Made by a program: the position numbers and the translations under genes
IMG/VR virus record: IMGVR_UViG_3300030104_006433
Coordinates: 96,545 to 160,544 of that record
Length of the DNA: 64,000 nt
DNA from: a virus
Direction: 5' to 3' (one strand)
The notes under the pieces: generated by a model
What the model saw: the letters and a program-made list of their open reading frames with translations, nothing else
Database searches by the model: none
Told to the model about the DNA's origin: nothing
In this document: piece by piece, positions 44,077 through 54,052 of the stretch
Numbering within the stretch: position 1 is the stretch's first letter
How the letters are laid out: each line of letters begins with the position of its first letter

Positions 44077-44789
44077 AAAATATAAAATGGTGTGGGTATG
44101 AATGGCTTCCAAGAGAAAAATGGGGGAAATTTCACCCCATAAAGCCATATTGTCATTATGACCCTGAAGCTATAGATTGTGATGAAGATGAAAATTTAAT
44201 ATTAAAAACTCATGTTAATCCAAAAAGATTAAAACATCCCCATACTAAAAAATTTATTAAGATACCAATAGGAGTAGGATTAATAACTAGTAAAAAAGGA
44301 TTTGATTATGGTTATTTTGAAATAGAAGCTAAATTACCTAAAGGTAAAAATTTATGGCCTGCTTTTTGGATGAGTCCTTTTGAAAGTTGGCCTCCTGAAA
44401 TAGATGTATTTGAAGGTTATACTAAAGAAAAAGATAATTACTTTCATTTTAATTGGAAAAATCCATTTGGTTTCTGGAGAGTAGAAACTAATTTCCATTG
44501 TGGTAAAGAGCCTGAAAATTATAATTTAGGGGCTAAAACACATTGGTTAGGGTTTAAAGACCCAATAAAACATTTTAACAAATATGGATGCCTATGGACA
44601 CCAGATAAAATAGAAATATTCTATAATGGTAGATTAGTTAGAAAATTAACTGATAAAAAATTATTAAAAGAATATCATGATAAATCTATGTGTGTTAAAA
44701 TTAATGCTCATGTAGATAAAAATGTAGATAAAGAAAATCACAAAACAACAAAATATATAATTAAAAATTTCAAATACGAAAAATTATGA
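44073..44789 (+). CDS. Glycoside hydrolase family 16
   Basis: YGYFEIEAKLP.G..LWPAFW and catalytic EIDVFE; YGCLWTPD.I.IF.NG. Confidence 0.85.
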   Translation: MKNIKWCGYEWLPREKWGKFHPIKPYCHYDPEAIDCDEDENLILKTHVNPKRLKHPHTKKFIKIPIGVGLITSKKGFDYGYFEIEAKLPKGKNLWPAFWMSPFESWPPEIDVFEGYTKEKDNYFHFNWKNPFGFWRVETNFHCGKEPENYNLGAKTHWLGFKDPIKHFNKYGCLWTPDKIEIFYNGRLVRKLTDKKLLKEYHDKSMCVKINAHVDKNVDKENHKTTKYIIKNFKYEKL

Positions 44790-45040
44790 ATGCACCACAA
44801 CAACAAGGTCTAAATATAGATTTTAAAAACACAACATCAATAGAAGGATTTAATGGCGGTAAATTATTTGGTCAAGCCTTTGTTTTAAGAAAAGTATCTA
44901 AATTTGTAGTAGGCGGAGATGAAGATGCAATGCTTCCAATCCCAGTATTCTATGATATGGAAACAAAGAAAATTATAACTGATTCATTACCTAAAGAATT
45001 AAGAGAAGAATATAAAGATATAGCTATTGAAAGGGATTAG
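44786..45040 (+). CDS. Hypothetical protein
   Basis: LRKVSKF..G...DA..PIPVFY. Confidence 0.65.
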   Translation: MNAPQQQGLNIDFKNTTSIEGFNGGKLFGQAFVLRKVSKFVVGGDEDAMLPIPVFYDMETKKIITDSLPKELREEYKDIAIERD

Positions 45041-45050
45041 AAAAATAAAT

Positions 45051-45224
45051 ATGAAAACTCAACTATTATTTAATGGTTGGTGGGCTCATTATCACCCTAA
45101 TTGTTGGTTTAAAGACTCAGAGGATACTCAGTACTTAGAAAATGGAATGTTGGTTGGTTTTAGACCTGAAGAAGAAGGATTAACAATGAAAGAAGCATAT
45201 GAAAAGTCCAAAAACAATATTTGA
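45051..45224 (+). CDS. Small hypothetical protein
   Basis: MKTQLLFNGWWAHYHPNCW...; first ATG at 45051 in the track ORF 45027-45224. Confidence 0.5.
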   Translation: MKTQLLFNGWWAHYHPNCWFKDSEDTQYLENGMLVGFRPEEEGLTMKEAYEKSKNNI

Positions 45225-45624
45225 TTGGCTTCAACATATAACATGGTTGAAAACACCAACTGAAGAATTTTCTGATAAAGACTGGGAAGGTTTCAATTCA
45301 TATATGATCCATAGGTTTATAAGTATGAGCCAATACTACGTTGAAGTCGCTGATTATGCGCAGGGTTTAATGCCAAATAATAAGAAAGAAATATATAATT
45401 TTTATAAGGAAATAATACCTAAACGTAAGGTTTGGTTAAAGTATATTAAATCAAAAAGTAAAACTTATAATAAGGAATTAATAGAAATATTATCTGAGTA
45501 CTTTAAGCTTGGCTCTTCAGAAATTCCTTCATATATTAATATCCTGGGAAATGAAAAAGTAATAGAAATTTTAAGAGAGATGGGAATTGAAGAAAAAGAA
45601 TCAAAAAAATTATTAAAATCATGA
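45199..45624 (+). CDS. Clamp loader small subunit (gp62-like)
   Basis: IFDWL..I, FNSYMIHRFISM, Y.FY...IPKRK.W.KYIK. Confidence 0.8.
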   Translation: MKSPKTIFDWLQHITWLKTPTEEFSDKDWEGFNSYMIHRFISMSQYYVEVADYAQGLMPNNKKEIYNFYKEIIPKRKVWLKYIKSKSKTYNKELIEILSEYFKLGSSEIPSYINILGNEKVIEILREMGIEEKESKKLLKS

Positions 45625-45980
45625 CTGAAAAAACATTAAAAAAATTAAATAAAAAATACCCAAATTGGTATAAAAAAATAAGGAGAGTAATTGTTAATTT
45701 ATATAGACCAATCCTTCATGACAAGTCAGAAAGTAAATTCAATCAACATCCTATAGCTTATATTATGTTCACAACATTTATTTGGAGTGCTATTTTAGTT
45801 CATCAAGACAGTCCTAATTATTGGATTCCATTTTTAAGTGGTTGGGTTATTATACCTATTACTTGGATTTATTTAAAGTTATTTCCACAAACATGGGATG
45901 AAATGTATGAATATGAAAAAGTAGCTTTTAGACAAATTTGGAGATTATCTAAAAAATGGAAACCTAAAAAAACAAAATAA
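45621..45980 (+). CDS. Small membrane protein
   Basis: Two hydrophobic segments, Trp-rich. Confidence 0.55.
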   Translation: MTEKTLKKLNKKYPNWYKKIRRVIVNLYRPILHDKSESKFNQHPIAYIMFTTFIWSAILVHQDSPNYWIPFLSGWVIIPITWIYLKLFPQTWDEMYEYEKVAFRQIWRLSKKWKPKKTK

Positions 45981-45983
45981 GTT

Positions 45984-46151
45984 ATGAAAAAGTATAAAGT
46001 AGAATTAATAAATTTTACTCAAGAAGGAAATCCTGTAAGTGGAGTTTCTAGAGTTATAGAAAAAATGAGTTTTAAAAAATTAAGAAAATTCCAAAACCAA
46101 TACCCAGGCAGGGAAGATTTAGTTAGAAAATTAAATATTAAAGAAATATAG
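45984..46151 (+). CDS. Small hypothetical protein (55 aa, not in track)
   Basis: MKKYKVELINFTQEGNPVSG...; fills the gap exactly. Confidence 0.5.
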   Translation: MKKYKVELINFTQEGNPVSGVSRVIEKMSFKKLRKFQNQYPGREDLVRKLNIKEI

Positions 46152-46153
46152 TT

Positions 46154-46738
46154 ATGGCAAATCACTTAAGAAGTTGGATCAAAGTTAAAGCAAATGAAGA
46201 TACTATAAAATATGTTGATTCTTTAGTTGATAAAATTTCATCAGAAAAATATAATAATGATGATTATGGCATAACAGCATTTGCAAAAACATTTTATAAA
46301 GATGTTGATTGTGGAGATGGTGGGGGTGTAATGTATGATTGGGCAATTGATAATATAGGCCCTAAATGGACTTATTTAGAAGAAATTGAAGATGAAGGAG
46401 AATTTTCAACTACATCAGCTTGGTATCCACCAAAAGAATTTTTTATTCATTTATATAAACTATGTGTTGAATTAGATGAAAATGTAGAAATTGAAGTAAA
46501 ATATGAAGATGAATCATATGACCCAATAGGTGCTATGGTTGTGAAAAAAGATAGAGATGGTGTTCCTTGTATATGGGAAGAAGAAGATACTATAGAAAAC
46601 CCAACTGATGATATGGATTGGGAAGATGAAGGTTATGATGAAGCACAACAAGAGTTTCATGATGAACTTTATAAAACTAAAAAAGAACTTTTAAAAGAAT
46701 GTCACTCATTAGTATTAACTGATGGTGAACCAATTTAA
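46154..46738 (+). CDS. Acidic hypothetical protein, YubB/DUF1281-like ferredoxin-fold candidate
   Basis: MANH, W..DNIGPKW, SAWYPP, YEDE. Confidence 0.5.
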   Translation: MANHLRSWIKVKANEDTIKYVDSLVDKISSEKYNNDDYGITAFAKTFYKDVDCGDGGGVMYDWAIDNIGPKWTYLEEIEDEGEFSTTSAWYPPKEFFIHLYKLCVELDENVEIEVKYEDESYDPIGAMVVKKDRDGVPCIWEEEDTIENPTDDMDWEDEGYDEAQQEFHDELYKTKKELLKECHSLVLTDGEPI

Positions 46739-46740
46739 TA

Positions 46741-46908
46741 ATGGAGGAAAGTAAAGGATTAGGAGATAGCATTGAAAAATTTACAACAACTACTGGAATT
46801 AAAAAGGTAGTAGATGCTATATCAAAAAAAGTAGGAAAAGATTGTGGATGTAAAAAAAGAAAAGCAGTTTTAAACAAAAAATATCCATATAAAAATAAAA
46901 AAAGTTAA
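46741..46908 (+). CDS. Small CGC-motif phage protein (55 aa, not in track)
   Basis: SKGLGDSIEKFTTTTGIKKVVD...DCGCKKRK..LN..YPY. Confidence 0.65.
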   Translation: MEESKGLGDSIEKFTTTTGIKKVVDAISKKVGKDCGCKKRKAVLNKKYPYKNKKS

Positions 46909-47331
46909 ATGAAAGATCAAGTTATAGAAGAAGATAAATTTATAGAAGATTTAATAGAGTCAAGAAAAATAAAGGGATATATTGAAGATGAAATAAACCA
47001 AACAATTACTATTTTTGAAGAAGACTATCCTGAATTATCTAAAGAATTTAAAAAAATTCAAGATGAAATGTATGAAACATTTGCTCGTAAACATATGGAT
47101 TATGGTTTACAAAACATCTCATTAGGTGGTGATTTAACTAAAGAAAATGATAAAAAGTTTTCATTAACTGGATTAGCAATTAGGTTAACTGATAAAGTAT
47201 CCAGATTAAGAAATTTATTAGTAAATGGAAAAAGTTTTGTAAAAGGTGAAGGAATGGAAGACACGTTTTTAGATGTAGCTAATTATGGTATAATTGGCTT
47301 ATTAGTTGGACGTGACAAATGGAAAAAATAA
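46909..47331 (+). CDS. DUF1599-like nucleotide-modification-associated helical protein
   Basis: F.RKH.DYG..N, IRL.DK..RL.NL, EDTF.D.ANY. Confidence 0.75.
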   Translation: MKDQVIEEDKFIEDLIESRKIKGYIEDEINQTITIFEEDYPELSKEFKKIQDEMYETFARKHMDYGLQNISLGGDLTKENDKKFSLTGLAIRLTDKVSRLRNLLVNGKSFVKGEGMEDTFLDVANYGIIGLLVGRDKWKK

Positions 47332-48279
47332 ATGCCTAAAATCCCCACCATAGTTAAGGAGATTCAACAATTTCCAAAAAGAGAAGTTAATTATGCTTTT
47401 CAAAAAAATATTTCATATTCACAATATTCAATGTGGAAAAAATGTCCTAAACAGTGGGCATTACAATATAGAGATGGTCATAAAATTTATACTCCAAGTG
47501 TTCATACTGTATTTGGAAAAGCACTACATGAGGCATTTCAACATTATATTCAAGTAATGTATGATAAAAGTGGGGCAGCCGCTGATAGAGAAGACATATT
47601 AGAAATATTAAAAGATAAAATTAGAGAGCATTATCAAGATGAATACAAGAAAAATAATAACCAACATTTCTCAGATCCAGGTGAATTAAGTGAATTTTAT
47701 GAAGATGGGGTTGAAATATTAAATTATTTAAAAAAGAATAGAGGCAAATATTTTTCAAAACGAGGTTGGCACTTAGTTGGAATCGAAACCCCTATCACAA
47801 TGCCTCCAATTTCATCAAATCCTAATGTTTTATTTGTAGGTTATTTAGATATTGTGATGTATAATGATCGAGTTAAGAAATTTAAAATAATAGATATTAA
47901 AACATCTACTAATGGTTGGAAGTTAGATTATGTTAAAAAAGATGAGGACAAACAATTTCAACTCATCCTATACAAAAAATTCTTTGCAGAACAGTTTGGT
48001 GTAGATGAAAAAGATATTGATATTGAGTTTTTTATAACAAGAAGAAAAGTATATGAAGGTGGAGATTACCCACAAAAAAGATTTCAAATGTATTCACCTC
48101 CATCAGGAAAAATTAAAATAGGAAGAGCAACTCAAGCAATAAATGAATTTATAAATGAGTGTTTTAACGGAAATAACCATAATGAAAAAGAAATGTTACC
48201 TAACCCTAGCAAATGGAATTGTACTTTTTGTGCTTTTAAAGAAAACGCAAACTTATGCGGACTAGGCGGTAACCTTTAG
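47332..48279 (+). CDS. PD-(D/E)XK exonuclease (Cas4/AddB-like)
   Basis: SYSQ...CP, G..LHE, GYLD, IIDIKT, QL.LY, C-terminal CTFC...C. Confidence 0.85.
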   Translation: MPKIPTIVKEIQQFPKREVNYAFQKNISYSQYSMWKKCPKQWALQYRDGHKIYTPSVHTVFGKALHEAFQHYIQVMYDKSGAAADREDILEILKDKIREHYQDEYKKNNNQHFSDPGELSEFYEDGVEILNYLKKNRGKYFSKRGWHLVGIETPITMPPISSNPNVLFVGYLDIVMYNDRVKKFKIIDIKTSTNGWKLDYVKKDEDKQFQLILYKKFFAEQFGVDEKDIDIEFFITRRKVYEGGDYPQKRFQMYSPPSGKIKIGRATQAINEFINECFNGNNHNEKEMLPNPSKWNCTFCAFKENANLCGLGGNL

Positions 48280-48327
48280 GAATATTGATATATTTATATA
48301 AAATAATTATTAACCAAATAAACCAAA

Positions 48328-48516
48328 ATGGCAGAAAAGAAAAATATGACTCTTACAAGTGTTAAAGTTAAGAGTGATTTATTTGAAAATTTTAAAATAG
48401 AATGTGTTAAGAGAAAATTCTCATTCCAAAAATTATCAGATAGAGCTATTCATCTTTATTTAACAGATGAAGAATTTAGAAAAAAAATAAATAACCACAC
48501 CAATTTAGAACTATAA
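48328..48516 (+). CDS. Small ribbon-helix-helix-like DNA-binding protein
   Basis: LTSVKV beta strand followed by two helices. Confidence 0.55.
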   Translation: MAEKKNMTLTSVKVKSDLFENFKIECVKRKFSFQKLSDRAIHLYLTDEEFRKKINNHTNLEL

Positions 48517-48517
48517 T

Positions 48518-49957
48518 ATGAATAAAGATTTTAAATATCTACCTAAGGAAAAAAGAAAGAAAATACTGTTAATATGTGATGATATGAGGGTACACTCAGG
48601 GGTAGCTACAGTAGCTAAAGAAATGGTCACAAATACCTGTCAACATTTTAATTGGGTTCAAATAGCTGGAGCAATTCAACATCCTGATATAGGTAAAAAA
48701 ATTGATTTAAGTGAAGAAACTAATAAATTAAGTAAATTAGATGATACTAGTGTTATTTTATATCCAACTAATGGATACGGGGAACCTAATATTGTTAGAA
48801 GTTTAATGAAAATGGAAAAACCAGATGCTATTTTTATTATAACAGATCCAAGATATTTTGATTGGTTATTCCAAATGGAAGGTGAAATTAGAAAACAAAT
48901 ACCTATCATATACCTTAACATTTGGGATGATTACCCTGCTCCTTTATATAATAGTGCTTTTTATGAATCATGTGATGCTTTATTAGCCATATCAAAACAA
49001 ACAAAAAACATAAATGAAATTGTTTTAGGAGATAAGGTTGAGAATAAAATAATTAAATATGTTCCTCATGGATTGAATGAAAATCATTATTTCCCAATTG
49101 ATAAAAATTCTGATAATGTTTTAAATATGAAAAAGAAATTTTTTGGTGATGACGAAGTAGATTTTACTTTGTTTTTCAATTCTAGAAATATTAGAAGAAA
49201 ACAAATCCCAGATACTATGTGGGCGTTTAAAATGTTTTTAGATGGATTACCTAAAGAAAAAGCAGATAAATGTAGATTTTTACTTCATACTGAAATTACT
49301 CATGACGCAGGTACCAATTTAGAAGTTTTAAGAGAATTATTATTTGAAAAAGAATATCCTAATGCTATTAAATTCTCAACAGAAAAATTATCAACAGTAG
49401 ATTTAAATTTATTGTATAATATAACAGATTGTCAAATTCTTTTAACATCAAATGAAGGATGGGGATTAACATTAACTGAAGCAATGTTAGCAGGTAATCC
49501 TATTATAGCTAATGTTACAGGAGGAATGCAAGACCAAATGAGATTTATTGATGAAAATGGAAAATGGTTTACACCTTCTCCTCAAATACCTTCAAATAAT
49601 ACAGGTAAATATAATCTTTGCGGTGAATGGGCATTCCCAGTATATCCAGCTTCAAGATCAATTCAAGGCTCACCTCCAACTCCTTATATTTGGGATGATA
49701 GATGTAAACCTGAAGATGCAGCAGATAGAATAAGAGAAGTATATGACTTAGGATCTGAAGAAAGAAAAGAAATAGGACAGAAAGGTAGAGAATGGGCTCT
49801 AAGTGATGAAGCTGGCTTTACAGCTGAAAAAATGAGTAATAGAGTAATCAATGCAATAGATGAATTATTTGATACTTGGGAGCCAAGAAAAAAATATGAA
49901 ATAATTAACACAAGCAAAAGTTTTAAAAAAACACAAACACATAATTTAGTATATTAA
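48518..49957 (+). CDS. GT-B (GT4-like) glycosyltransferase
   Basis: SGVA, VPHG, RNIRRK, EGWGL...EAM..G.PII. Confidence 0.88.
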   Translation: MNKDFKYLPKEKRKKILLICDDMRVHSGVATVAKEMVTNTCQHFNWVQIAGAIQHPDIGKKIDLSEETNKLSKLDDTSVILYPTNGYGEPNIVRSLMKMEKPDAIFIITDPRYFDWLFQMEGEIRKQIPIIYLNIWDDYPAPLYNSAFYESCDALLAISKQTKNINEIVLGDKVENKIIKYVPHGLNENHYFPIDKNSDNVLNMKKKFFGDDEVDFTLFFNSRNIRRKQIPDTMWAFKMFLDGLPKEKADKCRFLLHTEITHDAGTNLEVLRELLFEKEYPNAIKFSTEKLSTVDLNLLYNITDCQILLTSNEGWGLTLTEAMLAGNPIIANVTGGMQDQMRFIDENGKWFTPSPQIPSNNTGKYNLCGEWAFPVYPASRSIQGSPPTPYIWDDRCKPEDAADRIREVYDLGSEERKEIGQKGREWALSDEAGFTAEKMSNRVINAIDELFDTWEPRKKYEIINTSKSFKKTQTHNLVY

Positions 49958-49958
49958 G

Positions 49959-51272
49959 ATGAGTAAACCAACAGTTATAATAAGTTGTCCAATTGATACC
50001 TACTCAGGTTATGGGGCAAGAGGAAGAGATGTAGTAAAAGCATTTATTGAATTAAATAAATATGATGTGAAAATTATCCCTCAAAGATGGGGAAATACAC
50101 CTTGGGGTTTTATTGAAGATCATCCAGAATGGAATTTTTTAAACCAACATATTTTTAATCCAGAACCTAATAAACAATATCCCAAACCTGATATTTGGGT
50201 GCAAATAACAATTCCAAACGAATTTATGCCTCAAGGACATTATAATATAGGAATAACAGCAGGAATTGAATCAACAGTGGCTGCTGCAGATTGGGTCGAA
50301 GGATGTAATAGAATGGATTTAATTTTAGGTTCTTCTAACCATTCAATACAAGCTCTAAAAACATCAAAGTACCAAAAAAGAGATAATAAAACCCAACAAG
50401 TTATAGCTAATATAGAATTAAATACTAAAACTGATATATTATTTGAAGGTTTAAATTTAAACACCTATAAACCTGTAGAATCAACATTAGACTTATCTGA
50501 TATTAAAGAATCATTTTGTTATCTATTTGTTGGTACTTGGATACAAGGAGATTTTGGGCATGATAGAAAAAATATTGGTTTATTAATCAAATCATTTTTA
50601 GAAACATTCAAAAATAAACAGAAAAAACCAGCTTTAATATTAAAAACAAGTCATAGTGGGGTTTCATATGTTGATAGAGATTTTATATTATCTAAAATTG
50701 AAAAAATAAAAAAGACTGTTAAAGGAAAATTACCAAACATTTATTTACTACATGGAGATTTTTCAAATTCTGAAATTAATGAATTATATAATCATAAAAA
50801 AGTAAAAGCTATGATTAGCTTAACAAAAGGTGAAGGATTTGGAAGACCATTACTTGAATTTACTCAAGTTAAAAAACCAATTATAACATCAGGATGGTCA
50901 GGTCATATAGATTTCTTAAAACCTGATATGAGTATATTATTACCTGGTAACTTAGGCCCAGTACATAAAAGTGCTCAAAATAAATGGTTAATTGAAGGTT
51001 CACAGTGGTTTGATGTTGACCATATGGCTTTAGGTAAAACATTAAAAAATACATATAAAAAATACAAAGATTATATTCCAAATGCTAGACGTCAAGCAAC
51101 ACATGCTAAAGATAATTTTAGCTATGAAAAGATGAAAGAAAAATTAGATATAATCTTAGAGGATAATGTCACTCAAACCCCAAAACAAGTTGATTTAAAA
51201 TTACCAAAGTTAAAAAAATCAAAGAAAAAAGAACTTCCTAAATTAGAATTACCAAAATTACAAAAGATATGA
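49959..51272 (+). CDS. GT-B (GT4-like) glycosyltransferase
   Basis: SGYG, RKN, GEGFGRPLLEF, WSGH.DF. Confidence 0.88.
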   Translation: MSKPTVIISCPIDTYSGYGARGRDVVKAFIELNKYDVKIIPQRWGNTPWGFIEDHPEWNFLNQHIFNPEPNKQYPKPDIWVQITIPNEFMPQGHYNIGITAGIESTVAAADWVEGCNRMDLILGSSNHSIQALKTSKYQKRDNKTQQVIANIELNTKTDILFEGLNLNTYKPVESTLDLSDIKESFCYLFVGTWIQGDFGHDRKNIGLLIKSFLETFKNKQKKPALILKTSHSGVSYVDRDFILSKIEKIKKTVKGKLPNIYLLHGDFSNSEINELYNHKKVKAMISLTKGEGFGRPLLEFTQVKKPIITSGWSGHIDFLKPDMSILLPGNLGPVHKSAQNKWLIEGSQWFDVDHMALGKTLKNTYKKYKDYIPNARRQATHAKDNFSYEKMKEKLDIILEDNVTQTPKQVDLKLPKLKKSKKKELPKLELPKLQKI

Positions 51273-51730
51273 ACTCAGATAATTTAATAATATGTCCTAG
51301 ATGTGAGAGTGATGCTTGTTATTCCAGTGAAATAAATGATGAAATAACTAATTACTCTTGCTTCGGATGCGGTTTCCAAAGTAATTCATTAATGAAAAAA
51401 GATGAACCATTTCTAAATGAACAATTAGAAATACTACCAGAATTGTATAAAGATCTTTTATTTGAAGATAAAAATGGTCAAGGATGGCTTCCTCAAACTA
51501 TTAACCTACCTCAAAAAGGTATGGTGTTCGCTAATGGAGCCACAACTAAAAATTGGAAATGGTCAGCTGTAAAAGCAGTCCCTGTTAAAGAAGATGAAAA
51601 ATTAAAATACCCTATCCCAGGTAAAAAAGATGAATATTATGAATTTAGAATGGATATGGGAACTATGAAAATGTTTGAAGAAAAAGATTTTATGGAAGCT
51701 TTAAGTTATATTGAAGTTTTACCTTCATAG
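51269..51730 (+). CDS. Hypothetical Zn-ribbon protein
   Basis: CPRC...CFGCG. Confidence 0.6.
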   Translation: MNSDNLIICPRCESDACYSSEINDEITNYSCFGCGFQSNSLMKKDEPFLNEQLEILPELYKDLLFEDKNGQGWLPQTINLPQKGMVFANGATTKNWKWSAVKAVPVKEDEKLKYPIPGKKDEYYEFRMDMGTMKMFEEKDFMEALSYIEVLPS

Positions 51731-51762
51731 TTTGGCTTTCATATATACTTTTATTATATTAC
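51731..51762 (+). promoter_or_regulatory. Bacteroidota-type promoter
   Basis: TTTG 51731, N20, TATATTAC 51755. Confidence 0.7.
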
Positions 51763-51784
51763 ATCAAATAAAAAATAAATAATT

Positions 51785-52045
51785 ATGCTAAGATTAACAG
51801 TGCATGTGTCTAATCCTTCTTTCATCACAAAAGAACAAAAACCAATGGGAAAGGATGAAAATAATAAACCTATTATGAAACCCAAAAAAGCTAAATGTAT
51901 AGTGAACACTATAACACTTAGAAATTTAAGGTCAATGAAAAGTGTGGAATCTAAATTATCTTATATTAAATCTAAGTATAAAATAGCTAGATGGAAAGAA
52001 GGTAAAAAGAAAGGTAAAGAAATGATTTATATAGCTTATCATTAA
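51785..52045 (+). CDS. Basic hypothetical protein
   Basis: 86 aa, Lys-rich. Confidence 0.55.
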   Translation: MLRLTVHVSNPSFITKEQKPMGKDENNKPIMKPKKAKCIVNTITLRNLRSMKSVESKLSYIKSKYKIARWKEGKKKGKEMIYIAYH

Positions 52046-52671
52046 TGAAAATAAGTTATGCAATAACAGTCTGTGATGAGTTTATAGAAATTCAAAGATT
52101 AGTAAATTTTCTATTAAAAAACAAAAGACCAGAAGATGAAATTGTTGTATTATATGACATGAATAAAGGTCATGAAGGAATAGAACAATTTTTAAGAGCA
52201 AAATCTGTTAATAAAGGGCTTTCTTGGGTGTATGGCTCATTTGAAGGACATTTTGCTGATTGGAAAAATAAACTAACATCTTTATGTACTGGGGATTTTA
52301 TATATCAAATTGATGCTGATGAACTTCCAACTAAATCAATACTTGAAGATTTATGGGCAATATTAGAAATGAACAGTACAATAGATGTTTTTCTAGTACC
52401 CAGAATTAATACTGTAGAGGGTATCACCCCAGAACATATTCAAAAATGGAGATGGAATGTTAATAAGAAAGGATGGATCAATTTTCCAGATTACCAATGG
52501 AGGATTTATAGAAATGATGGTAAAATAAAATGGAAAAATAAAGTACATGAAGTATTAGAAGGTTATGAGAATTTTTCACAATTGCCCCCTGAAGAAGAAT
52601 ATTGTTTAATACATAATAAAGATATTAAACGTCAAGAAAAACAAAATGAATATTATAATACTTTACAATAA
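52045..52671 (+). CDS. GT2-family glycosyltransferase
   Basis: KISYAITV, QIDADE DxD motif, PDYQ.R, VHE. Confidence 0.88.
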   Translation: MKISYAITVCDEFIEIQRLVNFLLKNKRPEDEIVVLYDMNKGHEGIEQFLRAKSVNKGLSWVYGSFEGHFADWKNKLTSLCTGDFIYQIDADELPTKSILEDLWAILEMNSTIDVFLVPRINTVEGITPEHIQKWRWNVNKKGWINFPDYQWRIYRNDGKIKWKNKVHEVLEGYENFSQLPPEEEYCLIHNKDIKRQEKQNEYYNTLQ

Positions 52672-53264
52672 TGGCTCATAAAGAACAAAGAAACTATTTA
52701 GATAGAATTAAAAGTGAACATCCAAAAGCATTTAAAGATTGTAAAGTGCTAGATATTGGTTCATTTGATGTAAATGGAAATGAAGCTCCTTGGTTTGACG
52801 ATTGTGACTTTACAGGACTAGATTTACTCCCAGGACCTGGTGTAGATGTAGCTTGTCCTGCAAATGAATATGATGCTCCTGATGAAACTTTTGATACTAT
52901 TATTTCATGTGAGTGTTGGGAACATAATCCCTTTTATAAAGAAAGTATTTTAAATGCAATTAGAATGTTAAAATCTGGAGGTTATTTTATTTGGACTTGT
53001 GCTACAACTGGGAGACCTATTCATGGAACTGCTTCTCAAGATAAGATTGATAGATCTAAAGGAGTAACATCCCAGGGAAATGAAATTTTAGAATGGAAAA
53101 CTATGCCTAATGTAGCTAAAGAGGATTGGGATAATGAGTATTATAAAAATGTTACTGAAGAAGATATTAGATCTTTTTGTGATATAGAAAAAACATTCAG
53201 TGAATTTAAGTTTGAAATTGAAAAAAATCACTGTGATTTAATGTTTTGGGGGGTTAAAAAATGA
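52671..53264 (+). CDS. Class I SAM-dependent methyltransferase
   Basis: VLDIGS.DVNG, G.GVD, FD.IIS.EC.EH.P. Confidence 0.88.
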   Translation: MAHKEQRNYLDRIKSEHPKAFKDCKVLDIGSFDVNGNEAPWFDDCDFTGLDLLPGPGVDVACPANEYDAPDETFDTIISCECWEHNPFYKESILNAIRMLKSGGYFIWTCATTGRPIHGTASQDKIDRSKGVTSQGNEILEWKTMPNVAKEDWDNEYYKNVTEEDIRSFCDIEKTFSEFKFEIEKNHCDLMFWGVKK

Positions 53265-54052
53265 AGTTTAAATCAGTTTTAAATAATTCTATTTTTGGGC
53301 AAATGGGATTTATAGGCTCCCAATCTGATCTGGATTTATTAGAAAGATATATTTTATATAATTTAGAAGTTTTAAAGGAATCTAAACAAATTATAATTTC
53401 TACTAATTTTGGTTCTCCTCTCCAAAAAGAAAATAAAAATTTATGGAAAAAATATTTTCCTAAATGTATACTATTAGATTTAAAAGTAAATAGAGGGCAT
53501 AACCATGGCTATGTTGATTTAGAAAATCAATTGTTTGATTGGTGTAAAGATAATGGTGAAGAATGGCTTTGTAAAATATCTAATGATATTATTTTATCCC
53601 CTACTTTATTAGATAAAGAAGTTCCTAAATCCGATTTTTATTATTTAAGTAGTATAGGTTATGGAGGAATGATTAAGTATAATTTTAATTTTGAGGATAT
53701 TATTAAAAATGATTTTTTTCCTCAAGGGAATTTTTATGTGATGAATGTTGGAAAGTGTGATTATATAAGTGATAAAAATTTCTTAAATGAAACTTATGAG
53801 TATATTCAGTCTCTACCTGATTATAATGGTAGAATTTGGGAATACATTCCAGGATGGACATGTGAGAGATTTTTAAGAAAATGTGTTCTAAGAAATAATT
53901 TAACAAAACATCATTTGATATCTCCAAAAAATTATCGTATATTATTAGAAACAGTTAAAAATAACCAAATACATGATTGTAGTCATAAAAATATCATGAT
54001 AGAAGGGGTATGTCATTTTCAATATCCTAACCAACAAATTATAAAAATATGA
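53261..54052 (+). CDS. Putative GT-A-like / glycan-modifying protein
   Basis: NRGH..G, K.SND.I; located in the glycosylation island. Confidence 0.45.
   Translation: MKFKSVLNNSIFGQMGFIGSQSDLDLLERYILYNLEVLKESKQIIISTNFGSPLQKENKNLWKKYFPKCILLDLKVNRGHNHGYVDLENQLFDWCKDNGEEWLCKISNDIILSPTLLDKEVPKSDFYYLSSIGYGGMIKYNFNFEDIIKNDFFPQGNFYVMNVGKCDYISDKNFLNETYEYIQSLPDYNGRIWEYIPGWTCERFLRKCVLRNNLTKHHLISPKNYRILLETVKNNQIHDCSHKNIMIEGVCHFQYPNQQIIKI

Noticed and set aside
45300-45560. Slightly GC/CG-richer patch in the clamp-loader small subunit
   Set aside because: The +1 frame has several stops, so it does not fit the nested-ORF pattern; left unexplained.
47332-48279. CRISPR-Cas system suggested by the Cas4-like nuclease
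   Set aside because: No repeat-spacer array or other cas genes were seen; stand-alone PD-(D/E)XK nucleases are common in phages.
49548-49733. +1-frame ORF inside a GT4 gene
   Set aside because: The host segment is simply poor in Leu/Ile/Val, so the open frame needs no codon shift; there is no TM helix.
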